Source: Blasia pusilla
Lineage: Eukaryota
DNA length: 64,000 nt
NCBI GenBank assembly: GCA_050084515.1
Contig: CM114271.1
Coordinates: 33,728,001 to 33,792,000, forward strand
Direction: 5' to 3'
In this document: piece by piece, positions 23,281-37,379 of the stretch
Layout of the letters: every line of letters starts with the position of its first letter
Position numbering within the stretch: the stretch's first letter is position 1
The notes under the pieces: generated by a model
What the model was told of the DNA's origin: nothing
The model's database searches: none
Seen by the model: only the letters and a program-made list of their open reading frames with translations
Position numbers and translations under genes: made by a program

Positions 23281-26200
23281 CTGGGATGCGCCATACAATC
23301 GGTGTGGTATCCAAGGGCATCATCATAGCACTCTTAGCAACCTCGGGTTCCTCTCACCCGTCACGCTCTGGTTCAAACGTCTCACTCCATGCCATTTGCA
23401 ATTGCTCAGTGGCTAAGTGTCGAAGCTCCTCAGTCAAGCCCCAAAGCAGCACCTCTCTTCCACGGACTAATGCGGCAACCATGACACTCCTCTCCATAGA
23501 AATGTCAGGAACGGAAGTGTCCTTTGCATGGATATGTCCCTCAATCAAATCACTAGGCCAAGTGATGGCGTTGCTAAATGTTGCTAAGGTCGCCATCTCT
23601 CCTGGCCGTCGCTTGATCACTGCACATATGAATCAAATGGGTAATGAAAAAGGGCATCCACCACCAAACTACCATCCTGGTCTGTAGGACGCTGCCTCCT
23701 CCCATTAATCCGGAAGACCCCATCGGGTACAACACTGCTCCACCAACCAAGACGTCGTAGGACTCTCCATCAGTCACTATTGCCTTGGCTTGCACCACGG
23801 ACTCATTTGTACGATGTCTCGGGCGAATCCTCACCGTGACCTCATGTCGGGTGATATTCTTTGTGGTACTCATTCCACCCAAGGATGTCTCTATCCAGAA
23901 TGGACAACGCTCCATATCGGCCCTTGTCAGGCCTAAACCTCTGAATGCCGCTTTCCCCAACATCAAGGGTTGTGCTCTTGAATCCAACAAGATGTCGTGC
24001 GGACTAAAAGCTCTACCTCCTGGACTCACCAACTAGGAAGACCTCTCCCCGATCATCCAGCAAAAAAATACCAAGAGAAGCCATGGCATGGTCTATCGCG
24101 GGTCTAGCGGGCATCTCCGCCATCCTAGCAACCGCAACCTACCATGAATCTGACGTGGACGGCCCAAGCATCAGCTCCAAGGGCACGTCTATCACCTCCT
24201 TTGAAATCACCTGTGAACGTGATGCAGGAACTTCAACTCCACGCTCACATAGCGTAGCGGCCAGCCGGAAAACCTAGGCGGGAGTACCTCCTAACCTCAT
24301 AACATAGGAAGCAAAAAATAAAGGAGCGCGGTACACAATAGTGGCCGCCTCCAACAACGTGCTCGACACGTGCTTCTCCTGAGCATCAGCAATAGGAGTA
24401 GTCACACTCGCTTCTCCCATCACCCTCTATGCGTGCACACCAATAACATCACCAACTCTCCGAGAACTCTGATCAGGATCCATTGATGGGGTCCTCATTG
24501 CCTCGGACAACGTGAAGGACTGAGAAAGCCTGGTTTGTTTCTTGGCTTCTCCTCGCTATGGATCCTACTGTGTGTCTGCTCCACGTGTAACAACTACGAT
24601 GACCTCCATCTAGGCAACCCCGCACATCCAAATCCATATCTCTGGCATCTCCATAAGACGTCGATGCCACGGATTCGGCATTGGGTAACCTCAATGCCAT
24701 AGCGGCAATTTGCTGCTCTAGCTACTAGATCTGAGCAGCCATCCCAGCCTCACATCCGGCATCTCCTTGGACGCGTCTAGGTGGTGGGACTCTACCTCCT
24801 CCTCCTCCTCCATGGGCAACTCCACCACCCCCTCGGGAAAATCCAATTCCTCGTCCCCCAACGAGACCACCTAGTGCCCGGCCTCTAGGGCCACTTGGAC
24901 CGGAAACTCACTCCAATGCCCTCTCTGGCCCCCGGTCCAGATATAACCCAGGGTGCAAGCTGAAACACCTAGCGCATGTGTGACCGTACCTCTGACAATA
25001 GTCACACTGATAACCTCCTGGTGCAGCACTATCTCCTCTTCCATGTTGAGGCACACGACCATGACCCTGACGAGTGCAATCGCGCTGATGATGGACTCCA
25101 CCACATGACCAACAAGTAATCGCAGGCAGATGCTGTTGAGCTGCATATGAAGGCGCAGGTTTTTGTGGCACGGCCTCCCGATATCCTCCCTGAGCTCGTG
25201 GTGCCACAAACCTATCTTGGAATCCACATTGCTGCATTGGTAGTGTAGGAAATCGTGACTGCTCTTGCCTAGAACCCATGGTCGCTACGGTCTCCTCCGC
25301 CATGTTGCGCTCAATGTTCTCGGCGGTCCTATAAACATCTCTCAACGTAGGGGAGCTGTTCAAAAGAAGCACCCCCTCCCGCACACGTGTCCGCACGGTC
25401 TCTTCCGGCATTGCGTACCATGACTGGATACCGTGAGCGTCTGTTGCCCCCTGAGTGACGTTAATCAACCGGGTGTAGGCCTCACGCAAACTCTCACTTG
25501 GGCGCCTCCGGAAGTCGTGGATGCTCCACAACTTCTCAGTCCGTATCTCCTGGTAGCTCGCCCTCAACTTAGCAAAGAACTCAACCACGGGGTTGAACCT
25601 TGGACAAACTCGACTGGACGATACAATTGCTCCAGTGCGAGTCACCCCTCTTACAACATCATTGGTGGAGGAACCCTCTCCTGATTCCTCCTCCTCATCT
25701 GGAAACGGCTCTGTCCATGACACATAGTGTGGGTCATAGTAGAGTCTCCAGACCTCAATCTTATGGGCATATTTCTACAAGAACTCATGGTAATCGTCCA
25801 TGGGTGCCCCCTCTAATTGCTGGAACATTCTGTTCCATGCTGTAAACGGGTTGAACTCTCTGGAGTTCCTTGCCCGCCGTGAGTCGCACCAACTCCTAAA
25901 CTCCGCAATGAAGTCGTATAACTCTATAGTGCCTATAGCACCCGAAAACCTACGCGGTCCTCTACCACGGTCGTCCATCTCGTACGCCCAACTGGTAGGA
26001 TCACTCAATGTGTGCGGTGGAACACTAGCACACTCCTCTACACTCTCCCCCTTGTCTGAAGATGACACAGTAAGAGATTGAGGTGGTCTCTCACGTGGAG
26101 ACTCTCAAAACCTCGCACCACTCCAAATAAACCCTCTAGAGCTACTCTCAAGTCCACCACCTTGCCTCTCAAAGTCCTGAAAGGACGCCCTGATGATCCT

Positions 26201-27926
26201 CGTGCAGCCCTCACACGATCACTCTCAACCTCACGAGTAATCACTCAAGCACTCAACTAAATAGGCGGCACTCAATCCACACTCTCTCACTAAGACGTAT
26301 GATGTGCGGCAACAAGCGGCGTGGTGCGGCAAATCGTCTACTGTCCTATCATCTCATCGACAGGACACACCCTCAACTCTGGATATCCCACACAGGTCTA
26401 TGTCCCCTAACCCACATACATAAATGATGCTTGCAGCATTTGCACGAAACCTAATATCCCGAATAACTGTCCAAATCCCATAATTCCCTAACACGTGCAA
26501 GGTAAGAGACCAAAATGGGTAACCTGACAATAATGTCGATGTTGCTCTTCAGCAACTGAAAATCTTGAACTCAAGTTGGTCATAAAGACAACTCCTCCAA
26601 ATAGCACGTCGTACTCCCTTGGTACTGATGATGCTCAAATCTTCTCGATGTGCGGTGTAGGTCCTACGGTCCGGTGGGGCACTAGCGGCACGAAACGGCT
26701 ACAAACGGCACGACACTCAAGAATGAGGTGCGGCACTCGGCGGCATAACCTCCTTAGTAAAAAAAACACAATCTGCTCCTAGTGATGGTGCGGCTCCGCA
26801 ATTGAGACGGTGCCGTGCGGCCACTAACGGCACGGCGCGGCAATCGGCGGCGCGTTGCGGCTACGGGCGTCACGGCACGGTACTCGATCTTCGTCGAACG
26901 GCTACAAATCACGGCATAACAAAGTAGACGGAACACTACAACCCCATCAATCCAAAAATGCAAATGGCCGGCCGCGAACACAGGCAGCCGCGGCGGTGTG
27001 GGATAGAGATTCAGACGCCCAGCTCTACGGGCGGCTGTAACCCAGGGTGGGACAGAGGAGCGCACGGCTGTACGACGGCTCAGTATTTTTTCAGAAATAG
27101 AAGGTGGAAGGAAAGAAGTTGTTCCCCGCAAAATTTTACTTTTATTTTTATTTTTTTTAACTAGAATAACCATCAAGAAATTTGGATCTCCACTGTCTTC
27201 CTTACTTGACAACCCCCCTCCTGACAGGTCTGCAAATTGAATGCCTTACCACAAATCCCTCCTAAGATTGAGGATCAACATCCCAAAAAATGGGATCTAT
27301 TCATCCTACCTCCAAATAGCTGAAGTCCCCTGTCCTAACCACCAAGTAAACTCATTTTTTTTTCTACCTCTCAAGAAAGAATTTCTACCCAAAAATTTCG
27401 AAATTTCACTCACACCTTGGAACGGTGGCTATGGCAGCCCACAAAAACTGTTGTAACTTCACGCTCACACAATGAAAATGCACATTGTTTCTTCCACAGC
27501 GTGCACAACTTTCCGATATACGACCTCATCAAATTGGTTTCTCCATTTGATCTTCCGATAAAAGTAGACTGGGACTGTCGTGCAACCCATTGTCTCTTTC
27601 TCCTACGCAAAATTCGGCAAGGCTTCTGCGCTGATTTCTCCCAAAGAAAATGTAAAACTTATGAAAATACAAATCAGCAAGCTACATGGTGCTCCCAAGA
27701 GCACTGGAATGGGGCAACCCACCCCCATACTCAATCCCTATCAAAAATTAGGCAACGCTTCCGCGCTTCACTCTTCCACACGAAAAATTGGCAAAAGAAA
27801 CATCAAAAGTAAGCGGCTCTTGCTCCGGTGAGCACTGAACAAGGAATACAATCCCCAACATGAAAAACCAGCGAGTGACCAGAAAGCTCCCCCATGAAGC
27901 TCTCTCACTCACTCATTCTCTCTTTG

Positions 27927-28443
27927 TAAATCAAGTAGATCCAATCTCTCTCAACACCATAGCTCTCAAATGTGTGCACTCTCACATGTCTCTCAATGTC
28001 AAACCAAACCCACTCTTCTAATGAGAGGCTTGGGTTACACTCACAAGGCAAACAAGACCATAGCTCCGCCGCTTCATGCCAAGAGGTTCAACAAAGAGAG
28101 AATGAGCTCTCAAGCTCTCTCTCTTGGGGGTATACCCCCTTCCCTCTCCTAAGCTCTCTCCTCGGTAACCTATGCTCGCAGGTCACCTCCTTGGCTCTTG
28201 ACCTACTATAGCGGGTCAAGGGCCACTTCCCAAAGTGGAAATTCAACTCTACCAAACATGGAAAATTGCCCAAAATAGTAAGTTTCTCGATATGACTCCA
28301 AATGAGCCGAAACGAAGGGGAAACATGCTCTCTGAGATTTACCAAGACCTCAGCAGATCATCCTCAACCTCTTGAGCTTGTCCTCCTCTACTCGCGAAGG
28401 CGCTCTACCAGATCTCTCCAATCTATCCTAAAAAGTCGTGAGA
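27927..28443 (-). repeat. 5' terminal repeat B1 of copy 2 (B only, no A)
   Basis: Colinear with 18795-19313. Homology stops where A begins in the 3' block. No TGG-type PBS follows it. Confidence 0.9.
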
Positions 28444-31400
28444 GAGACCAGCAAGGACATGAAATTATAACCAACTTAAATTTTTGTGACAAAACAAAAA
28501 ATGGGACTAGCAATGAGAGGAAATTACTACCAACTTAAACATAAAGTGTGCAAAATTACAAAATTATATCAACATAATCAAATGATTACATGGTCCTTTT
28601 CAACAACTATTGTATGTTACATGTCATAAAAAATAACAATAAGGAAAATGTATGAAACCATCTCTAATTTCAATCACTTCTTCCCCTTACAAGCACTTGT
28701 AGTTTTCGTTCTCTCCATTAATTTCTCCAATTTAATTGAGAGTAATTAATTAAATTGGTTTAAAAGTCAATGAACACCTTACAAACAGACTCAAATCTAT
28801 ATACTAACCAGAAACGGGTTGGTAAAAAGAATTTATTAAAAACCTATTTTATACAACGGAAATATGATGTCATGTATCATAAATTCAATGAAGATATGCT
28901 TAAGAAAGACTTCAATCCCATATCAAAGCACTAGTCAAATAGTATAGACGGGGAAGAGTTTTATTCGATAAACATGTTCACCCTCCATCTTACAGGCATT
29001 TATTGAAAAATGTATTTAAAATGCAGAAGTTGGAAAAGCAAGTTATTCTACATGCATGCTTTTGGATATGAATTCTTGACGATCCGATGTCAGCATCATG
29101 TTAATATTATCTCTTCGTTAATATTAATATGATAGAGATATAACCTTAGTAGCCTTCCCATCGATCCCTTGTGTCAGTAAGACTCAAAACCCGAAAAAGG
29201 GGCCGCATACATGGAGGATGGAAAAAAAAAACGAATGGGGACTCGTCCAAGGAGACTAATTAAACCCTCAACGGCCACCGCACTAGCAAGCGCAAAATCA
29301 TGAAAAAAATGAGAACGTCGCAAAGACGGGAGCACGAAACACGAGAGTCGGAGCGGGTGCGCGAGAGCCCGAAGCCGAAAGAGTCATGGGCAGTCGAGAG
29401 TCGACGCGGACGGGGGCGGGGGCGGGGGCCCGAAATCCCCGACCCGCAGTGTGTGACTGTGAGTGCGGGTGGTGGGACGGTGATGGGGTTGGGGATGGAT
29501 GTAAAGGGGGAGAGGAAGGTGACACGGAGCTCGCGGTCGGTCGCTCGGTCTACGGCGAATGGGGGAGTTGGTTGTGGCGCGTGCGAATCTGAGCCGAGCG
29601 GAGCGGAGCGGAGCGGAGTTGCGCGAGGACGGAGCGCTCGGAGGGGGGGAGCCCAATGCTTGAGCGCTAGCGCGGGTGGGGGGAGGTCCAATGCTTGAGC
29701 GCTAAAGCAGGCGAATCGATCGGTGCATGACGACGACGCGGGGCCACGCGTGTCCTGTGCGGAGGGAGGGAGGGAGTCGAGAGAGACTCGGCTCCCTGCC
29801 ATGCGCGCGCGGCCGGGCAAGAGCTGCGCTAATTGTATGAGTCCGTTCGTCTGTTGTTTGTTTGCTTTTTGTTTGTTTGTGTGTCTGTGTGTGTATGTAG
29901 CTGCATTGGAGTAATTGGAGATGGTCCCACTGCGATCGATTCAACATTCTCTCGCTCCGTGTCGGTTTACATGCGATGCGGAGGATCACGTGCGCGGTTT
30001 CTCGATTTCAGATCCCTTGTCGTGGGATTCTTTATTCACAGCGCTCGTCCATGACGCCGAGGCGAGGCGGCCGTGGCAGGGCATTATTATCGGCTTTCCC
30101 TCGCTCTATTCTCGTGTCGGGATCCGGATTCCGAAAACAATTCTCTCTGCGCGTGTCTCGACTCTCGCCCGAAATCACACAACGCCTTTCGGATCTTCAT
30201 GTTCGCCTTCATGACTCTCGCTCGGACCACAGACGAATTCACTCAGTCTCCCATGGCTCATGGTACGCGCGCTTGCCTGGCCTTCCAACTCGTGGCCAAG
30301 ACGTGGAAAGTTGGATTCGTGAATCGAGCGACGGCACGCTCTTGCTCGAGGAGAGAACCGACGAACAATCGTCACTGCCTCATGATCCAAATCCAAATTG
30401 AAACTGGCCTTCGCTTGCTTCCACATGAGATCCACAGCACAGCAACCAAATCAAATTGTCAGGCAGGTAAGAGTCAGCTCTAAATTCCAGTCGATCTACA
30501 CCTATTTTCGTCGGGTATTTTCCCGTATAACACGACCTTCAGATTTTATTTATTGAATGAATCTTTTCGGTAGTATAATACACGGATGGGAGTTGGTTTT
30601 GATGGACGCAGCATGATTAGTCGCGGTTGTACACTATTGCGTTTAATAACATTGTGAATTATGAAATTTTGATGAGTAAATTTTGCAAGTCACTTCTGTT
30701 CGGGAAGATATTTTCGGCAGAGAATTATTTGACAGAAATCTGGGAAAAAAAATTTCGTGCCGGTTAGTTATTTCAGGTGGGACATTTTCGAGGAAGAAGT
30801 GCTGGCGACGATAACTTGATATGCGATCGGAGCTAAGGAAATTTCCGGTTAATTCCCAGTGCGGTTGGCGCGACATTTTTAGCAAGAAATTTCTGAGTGT
30901 TTCTGAGAAAACACATATTGACATTAGAGGGGAAAAAAATTTGGTCACATCGGTCAAAAGGAATCATCATATTTTCTGACCAAGTATTGCCAATTTTAAA
31001 ATTATACGTTTAAGACACAGCACATAAGAGGACTTCCCTGAAGTGGTGGTAGACCTAGACAAAGTACGACCCCTTGCGGTTGGTGAGTACACAATTATCC
31101 ACCTTTGGCGGGTGGTCCCTAGCCGTTCTTGACGGCTTTGCTTCCCCATGACATCACTCTACCATTTGCCTGCGGATAGTTCGTAACTGATCCATTCCCC
31201 CTCCCCACGACATTTCTTTCGTCGGGACCCACCCTCGAGGTGGCGAATTGCGTCGTCTCCGCGCCCTGCCTGGGAGTAACTTATGTTATATCGCGACACA
31301 TGGCGATTCGTACTTTGGTAGAGGTTGGACGACTTGAGAACTTAAAATTGGCCGACTTTCATGAGCTTGTGTCAGTCAGTCCTTGTGGCTGGAGGCAGTA

Positions 31401-32088
31401 ACTGAAAATCACCATGACAGCTTCAATGAAACAATTGAAAAGCATGGGCCGCCGATCCTGATGTTGCTCCAGGTGACTTCCTTTTGAGAGGACCTATGGT
31501 GCTGAGGAAGCTCCGAGTCCCCCGAGGGCTCTGAAGGACCCAAAAATTCTAGATGTCACTACCATCCCCAGAGACAGTCGCATGACCATGGACAGAAGAT
31601 ATGGATTCACCACACCGTCTTCCCTGGCATTTGCAAACACGACCTACCTGGCGACAAACTTCGAGGCACTTTAATAACTAGATGATCAAGGTCTGCCTCA
31701 GTTTCTTCCAAGGATGAGTCAATCAAAGCCTTGTTCCTGTGCTCTCAGGGAAATGAATTTATACCTCGATGCCCAATGATGAGAAACTCTCGTAGTACAG
31801 ACCACATGCTCTCTTTTTTTATTTGGGTAAAGAGGACAAATGGGTCCCATAGAATTTCACCATCAAAACAATGCCATACTCAATTTTGTTCGCAAGGACC
31901 ACCCAGAGTAGCTCAAATATACAGATTAAAGAGGGGTACTGAGTGTCACAGCTATACCTGGATTGGCCTATGGCAGCACCCTTTCTTGAACTCGCCGAAT
32001 AGTGTAGTACGGAATTAGTCTAACACCGTGTCTAGTTTCTAACAAATCTCGCCACTGAGGGTCCAACCACAAAAACACCCTCTACTAA

Positions 32089-35000
32089 TCAGCCAATCCT
32101 GGTGGTGACTGTTTGATAAAGAGACTTCAGTTGTGTGTTCCATTTATCAATCGCTGTATACTTCTTCAACCCCTTTGACCTGAATGCATGGCAATTGTTT
32201 GTCAAGTTTTGTCATGAGGAAAACATCTTTTCTCCATGAGCCTATAACAAGTGAACGCTAGTCATTGACAAAACGAGGAAAAACAGCAATAACCAGGACA
32301 GGCTAAATTGAAGTCTTTCGGCCTCCATCTATGAGAAGGCTTTGTAGTGACTGATTCACACGAAAACAAAATAACTATCCAAGTCTGGAGATTGGGAAGT
32401 CTCATCACTTAAAGATGTGTATACCTGTCTCCCAACTCTAGTAACTGGTTGACTTGATCAATGTGACCATGTACTCTGTTGTCCAATATCAGTGACACAA
32501 GCAACTGTTCCACATCCTTTTCTGGGATATTTAGCTCCTGGGGTCCAATGAGTATTAAACCGTCAGCAAAAACTGGCTCCACCAGATTTTAGGATTGGCA
32601 TAGACTCTACATCCACCGCACTATACCACAGCCAACGCTTACCAATCCAACTGTATCATGATGCACCTCAAATCTCCGGAAACAGTGAGACAAGCCAAAC
32701 TAAGTTCGATAAGAATTCCTGTCTAAATTTTGTCTCAAAGATCCACCATGTCGTGAGTCGTCGTACCAAGACCTACACTACCAAGCATAATGTTTCTTCC
32801 TAAGTTCTATCAAAATGGACAGTATTTTCCAATGTTTGGAGATCCTAGAACTTGAGTGTAGCACAATGCACAATCAAGCTTTCCATGTGAAATTAGTAAA
32901 CACCTGCAGTATCATGTCTTTCAAACTCTAACGAAGAAATAAAACAACTCTTAATCATCATGTTCTTTTATTTGGCGACTAGTAATTAATGATCCTCATT
33001 ACGACTAACTTCTTTTTTTGAAGGACCTTTGGAAATTCAAAAGGGCATACCTTAGAAATAAAAGGAATTCGGATGCGAGTGTAGGGTTTGATGAGCTTCA
33101 ACAGCACTTGAGTTCGGATATTCTTCAGTAGATCCTCAATATAATTCCGGATGAATGGGTCATCCATGATGGTTTTCCGATTGCTCTGCAAACAGAATTG
33201 GGACATTCCTATCAAAAAACCTCGCCCAAGCGATCCCCAACCAGAAAAGCTGTGAAACATGTCCATATCAGGGAGCTTTTGTGCAATGATACCTTGAGCT
33301 CTAACTGTTACTTGAATGTACTGGAATCAAGGAAAAATAAACTGAATGCAACCAAATATGGGTACTCTTCAAGCTGCAGAATGGAGACGACAAAACGTGA
33401 AGAAACAGCACAACATATAGTCCCCCATTCAGAAGAACAAATTTACACAGCTTCCAACCAACAGTAAGACACACTGGTTGCATGAAGTTACTCTCAATAT
33501 GGTGCATTGAGCCACATGAGCCCAGGATCAGATGAGACCCACATCTTGAAGTGTCAGGCATGTATATAATTATAAGAAAAATTTCTTTTGCCCATGTACC
33601 GGGGTGCTCAACAGTTATGAAGGTACTAGGAGATGGGAAACCAGCCTGATTTCACTTGGGAGTGCCACAGTTCAGACCCCTTATGAAGGGATAAAAATAC
33701 TGACTGAGACATTGAAAACTTCTTAGGAGACTAGATAGAGCATGCACTCAGACCGACCAACACTTCCCAAGAGCTGAAAAATGCAGAGCTGAAGAAGCCC
33801 AATGCAGACTCTTCTTAAACAAATGCAGCACTTGACCTGTCATTTATGCATTCATCATCGCTGTTTTATTTACCCAAAATCCCCACTTTTAGGAAATCTA
33901 ATCCTCAGGCCTACAAAACCTGCTACTCCCAGTCCACAAATCACAGGATAGATTGTCTTCAGTTGTCTTTACTCCTTTCACTTGCCATTCTCTTCTCATT
34001 GTTTAGTATTTTAGTCTTTGGTGATAAGTTTACTGGCCACCAGTTCTACACCTACAAGTCATTCTTGCTTGCTCATACTCTGACACAGGAGAAAGCTCTG
34101 CATCGATAAAGACTATTCAGTCTCCACTAGTACACACAATGAAGAGATAGGAAAGAAAACGGCCAGAATTAAGCTCACAAAAAAAGCAGGAGATATATTT
34201 TCCTGAAGGACAGACCTACAAGATATATTTTCCTTAAGGATAGACCTACACAAGGTCATGAGACCAAGAGTGCAGAGCATGAGGTAATACACTCCGGATG
34301 GCTCTTATGAGATCTTACTTTCTTCTTTAGAAATAAACAGAATACAGAAAATTCTGAGGATGTTTGAAACGAAACAAAAATCAATCATTCTATAAAATCA
34401 ACTGCCTGTCCTGCATTGTCAGAAAAGAGGGGGGAAAACAAGACTCATCCTCCTAATTATTTTATCTGCACTTTCACTCAAAATCACTTTCTCTATCAGA
34501 ATCCCTTCTCAACCTCTGAAACCCCGTGAGAGTGAATCCAACGACTTCGAATCAGTCAATCTTTAAGTAGAAATATCAAAGGAGGGCAGGTGCATTGGAC
34601 TGATACCTTCAAAATCTTCTCAAACTCAAGAATTTCATTGCGCTGATAGGCAGCCACAAGGTTTGTCATTGCTAAAATTTCCGGATCATTCTTGTATCTG
34701 CGGAATTCGGTGTCCAAAACACACTTCATTAAGTTACTCACAAGGAGGAAGGGAAATTCCACAGAAAACTAGAAGAAAAATCGTATTGCAACTTGATGCA
34801 AGAAAACGTGAGTCACAATTAGTGTGACAAAATTCCAAAGATTAGAGGACTTACGGCTTAGCTTCTTGACCATCGAACGGATTAACTTCCGACTCCATCA
34901 ACATATTTGCCAGCACAAGATATCTGGGCAGGTCCCAGAAAACGCAACAAGCAAGTTTATTCCATATGTACGAGTATGGAAACACCAGATTTCCATCATG

Positions 35001-37379
35001 TGACAGGACTACAGTGTAGACTTTTTCAAAGATATTCTCTCACCAGGACAAGTTAGCAAAACATTTCTCACATACCTTGCATATGAGAGTCAATAGCCTC
35101 TCATGTCTCACATTGAAGCCCTGTACTGATAAAACACTAAAGCTCCAGACATTTCTATTGATAGTTTAACTTGAAACGGAGCATTGAGAGAGATTACATA
35201 CTTGAGACACTGAATACGACGATGAGTCCCAGCCTCATCATAGTTTTTGAAGGCATCAAAAAAGTCAGTGGCTGCCTCTGCCCACTGGCGCTCTGCCATA
35301 TGCATTTTCCCTCCACACTCATGTATAATCCCCATAATTCGAGGGTGAGGAATTGCAGACTTTATGGATAATGCCTTCTGGTATAGTTGCTGCATAGATG
35401 ACAAGAAAACCCCTTCCAAATTATTGACTTCCAGATTATTCACCATGAAAAATCAGTATAGCATACATACCAGCAGAGCTTGTGAGGAAGCAAAGCATAT
35501 AATCTGCTTTCAATCCACCAAGTGGCACCATGACCCACCATATTACCAGATTGATGATATGCACTTGTGTTCTACAGAACCAGTCACCATATGCCCAACA
35601 TGAATCATGCAACTCACTTTCAGCTTCTTGTTGTTCTTAGTTTCTGTGTACATCTGAATTTCGATGGCATAAACCTCAAGCAGCTGGGTTCCTTTCTTCT
35701 GATCATCTGAACCATCTTCTCTTTGACAAGACTTATGTAATTCCTTCAAAATCTGCACCAACCCAGGAGACAACCATAAGAGCCTGTCAAAGTACACTGC
35801 CCAAATCTTTAGCAAAACAAGTTTCCACAAAAAAGTAACAACTGTCATGCACCTAGAGACATGCTGAAGTAATCAGGTTCGATGCTACAGTGAAGTGAAA
35901 GCTTTCTGTAGTAGAAGAAGTTAACATGTGATTATTCTCAACTCTGAAGCAAAGCCAATATCTGCAAGAATTGAGTGACGAGACTCACATTGTCCATATG
36001 GTCTTGGCGGTTCAAAACACAACACTAACCTTGTTCATGCGACCATATTCTCCCATATCAAACCATAATTTACACAGCTTCAAGTTTGTCTTAAACCATA
36101 GCCTCTGTACACAAAAAAAAATCACATGTGGCAACCCTGGCCATCAAAACGGCAAATCAATGGTAGAAGGGGTAGATAAGCGAGTACCTAAAATTGAGAA
36201 AATTTTGAAAATTTTGTGGAGACAGAACGCAGCAGGCCATGTGTGGGTGGGTGCTACCCACACCGACTAAGATCGTAGTGATCATGTCCGGCACACGGCC
36301 AGGTGATGTGTTATTAAACAACCATGCTTTTCAAGTCTCAATTTATTTCAAGAAAGACTATCGTAGTGAATGGTGACCGAGATGCAATAGTTCTGCCATG
36401 AAAAGACTTTCAACCAACATTTTCACTAAAAACCGAAGCAAATTCTTGCACCTACACACTCAAAACTAAAACACGAATGTGCACTATTGGAGGCTTCTCT
36501 ACGTGCTGCAAAACCCACCACTGTTCTTGATGATAACTATGGCTTCTCACCTCATTCTTGGCCTCCTCGAGAGCTTTTAAAGTAGTTTGATAAAACTCCT
36601 GGAGAAGCTCCAGGTTTTGGCTTGCACTTCCAGACACAAAGTCCAAAATATTGTTGATGCACTTTTCACTATAATTTCGAGTTACTGCAGATTTGATGTA
36701 GGTCAGCATCTCTCTGTAAGCATCCATCATTTCTTTGTAGTTTCCAAGCCTGTAATGCAGCTTCACTGTCTGCTTCAAAGCCTTAAAGCCCCTGACAAGT
36801 TCCAAAACCATCGCTCTCAGGAGGGAAAACTTGGGATGTAAACAACTAGAAAGAACCCTTAAGTGACAGGTAACTCTGCTACTTCAACACCAGAAACTTC
36901 CACATCACAAATAAAGCACGTTAGACGGTGATGTTTCCGTGAAGCAAGCATATGGACAGAAAATTCAGAAACTCCCTGTCAGAAGCAAACTTGAGATTTC
37001 CAACTCCTATCATAGAACGAAACCATACATTTAATGACAACAAATAAGTACCATTCTCCTTTATCTCCTTCCATCTTCACCACTTCAGCAAAGCCTTTGA
37101 GAGCACCCTCTGGATCAGCTTCAACTAATCCTGCAGAAAAAGGCCACATTCCAGATTAAGTACATGAAGCACTTCGGTGTATGCAGAGTGTTACAGCCGA
37201 GAGCTAATTTACCATCAAGATAAGTGTCACTGAAACGTAGTTGCAATCGGCATGGTTGACTAAACCTACGATCATTCTCAGGATACCTTTAGAATTGTAG
37301 TACTGATTTTCGATATCTACATCTTGCTCTTCGGGCTCCTCATCAGAATACTCGAAACCGTAGTCCTCCATGTCTGCAT
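32089..37379 (-). CDS. CSN2: COP9 signalosome subunit 2. Exons 37379-37287, 37130-37052, 36791-36551, 36104-36030, 35752-35618, 35389-35202, 34923-34855, 34697-34607, 33185-33051, 32537-32425, 32179-32089
   Basis: Spliced translation [32 protein letters not shown]...[10 protein letters not shown]...[12 protein letters not shown]...[20 protein letters not shown]. All introns are GT-AG with consistent phase. The start is either the ATG at 37371 or an unresolved tiny upstream exon. Confidence 0.96.

Larger units (their letters stand above)
18678..28443 (-). mobile_element. Full-length Ty3/Gypsy copy 2 (DNMT3-like + PHD family), 9766 bp, degenerate
   Basis: In element order: B1 (28443-27927), ~1.85-kb leader, gag (26068-~24700, two CCHC knuckles CWSCGGVHHQRDC and CDYCQRYGHTCARC), protease (~24030-23700), deleted MTase (23280-23030), RT (~22620-21870), RNase H (21670-21245), integrase (~20960-19950), PHD (~19765-19625), PPT (~19444-19453), A-B-A. 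Flanks GGGA/GAGA. Confidence 0.95.

Noticed and set aside
26576-27831. Extra or antisense ORFs in the leader of copy 2
   Set aside because: They are short, compositionally biased and motif-free, and there is no second copy here to test conservation.
18678-28443. DIRS/Ngaro tyrosine-recombinase element
   Set aside because: No recombinase ORF was seen. It has a Gypsy-type integrase, an aspartic protease, a PPT and a TSD, and its MTase is C5-type rather than the DAM-like domain of DIRS elements.
29260-31720. GC-rich ORFs of up to 186 aa as a gene
   Set aside because: The ORFs are low-complexity and overlap on both strands with no recognisable domain. It may be a promoter, UTR or relic, but I cannot support a call.
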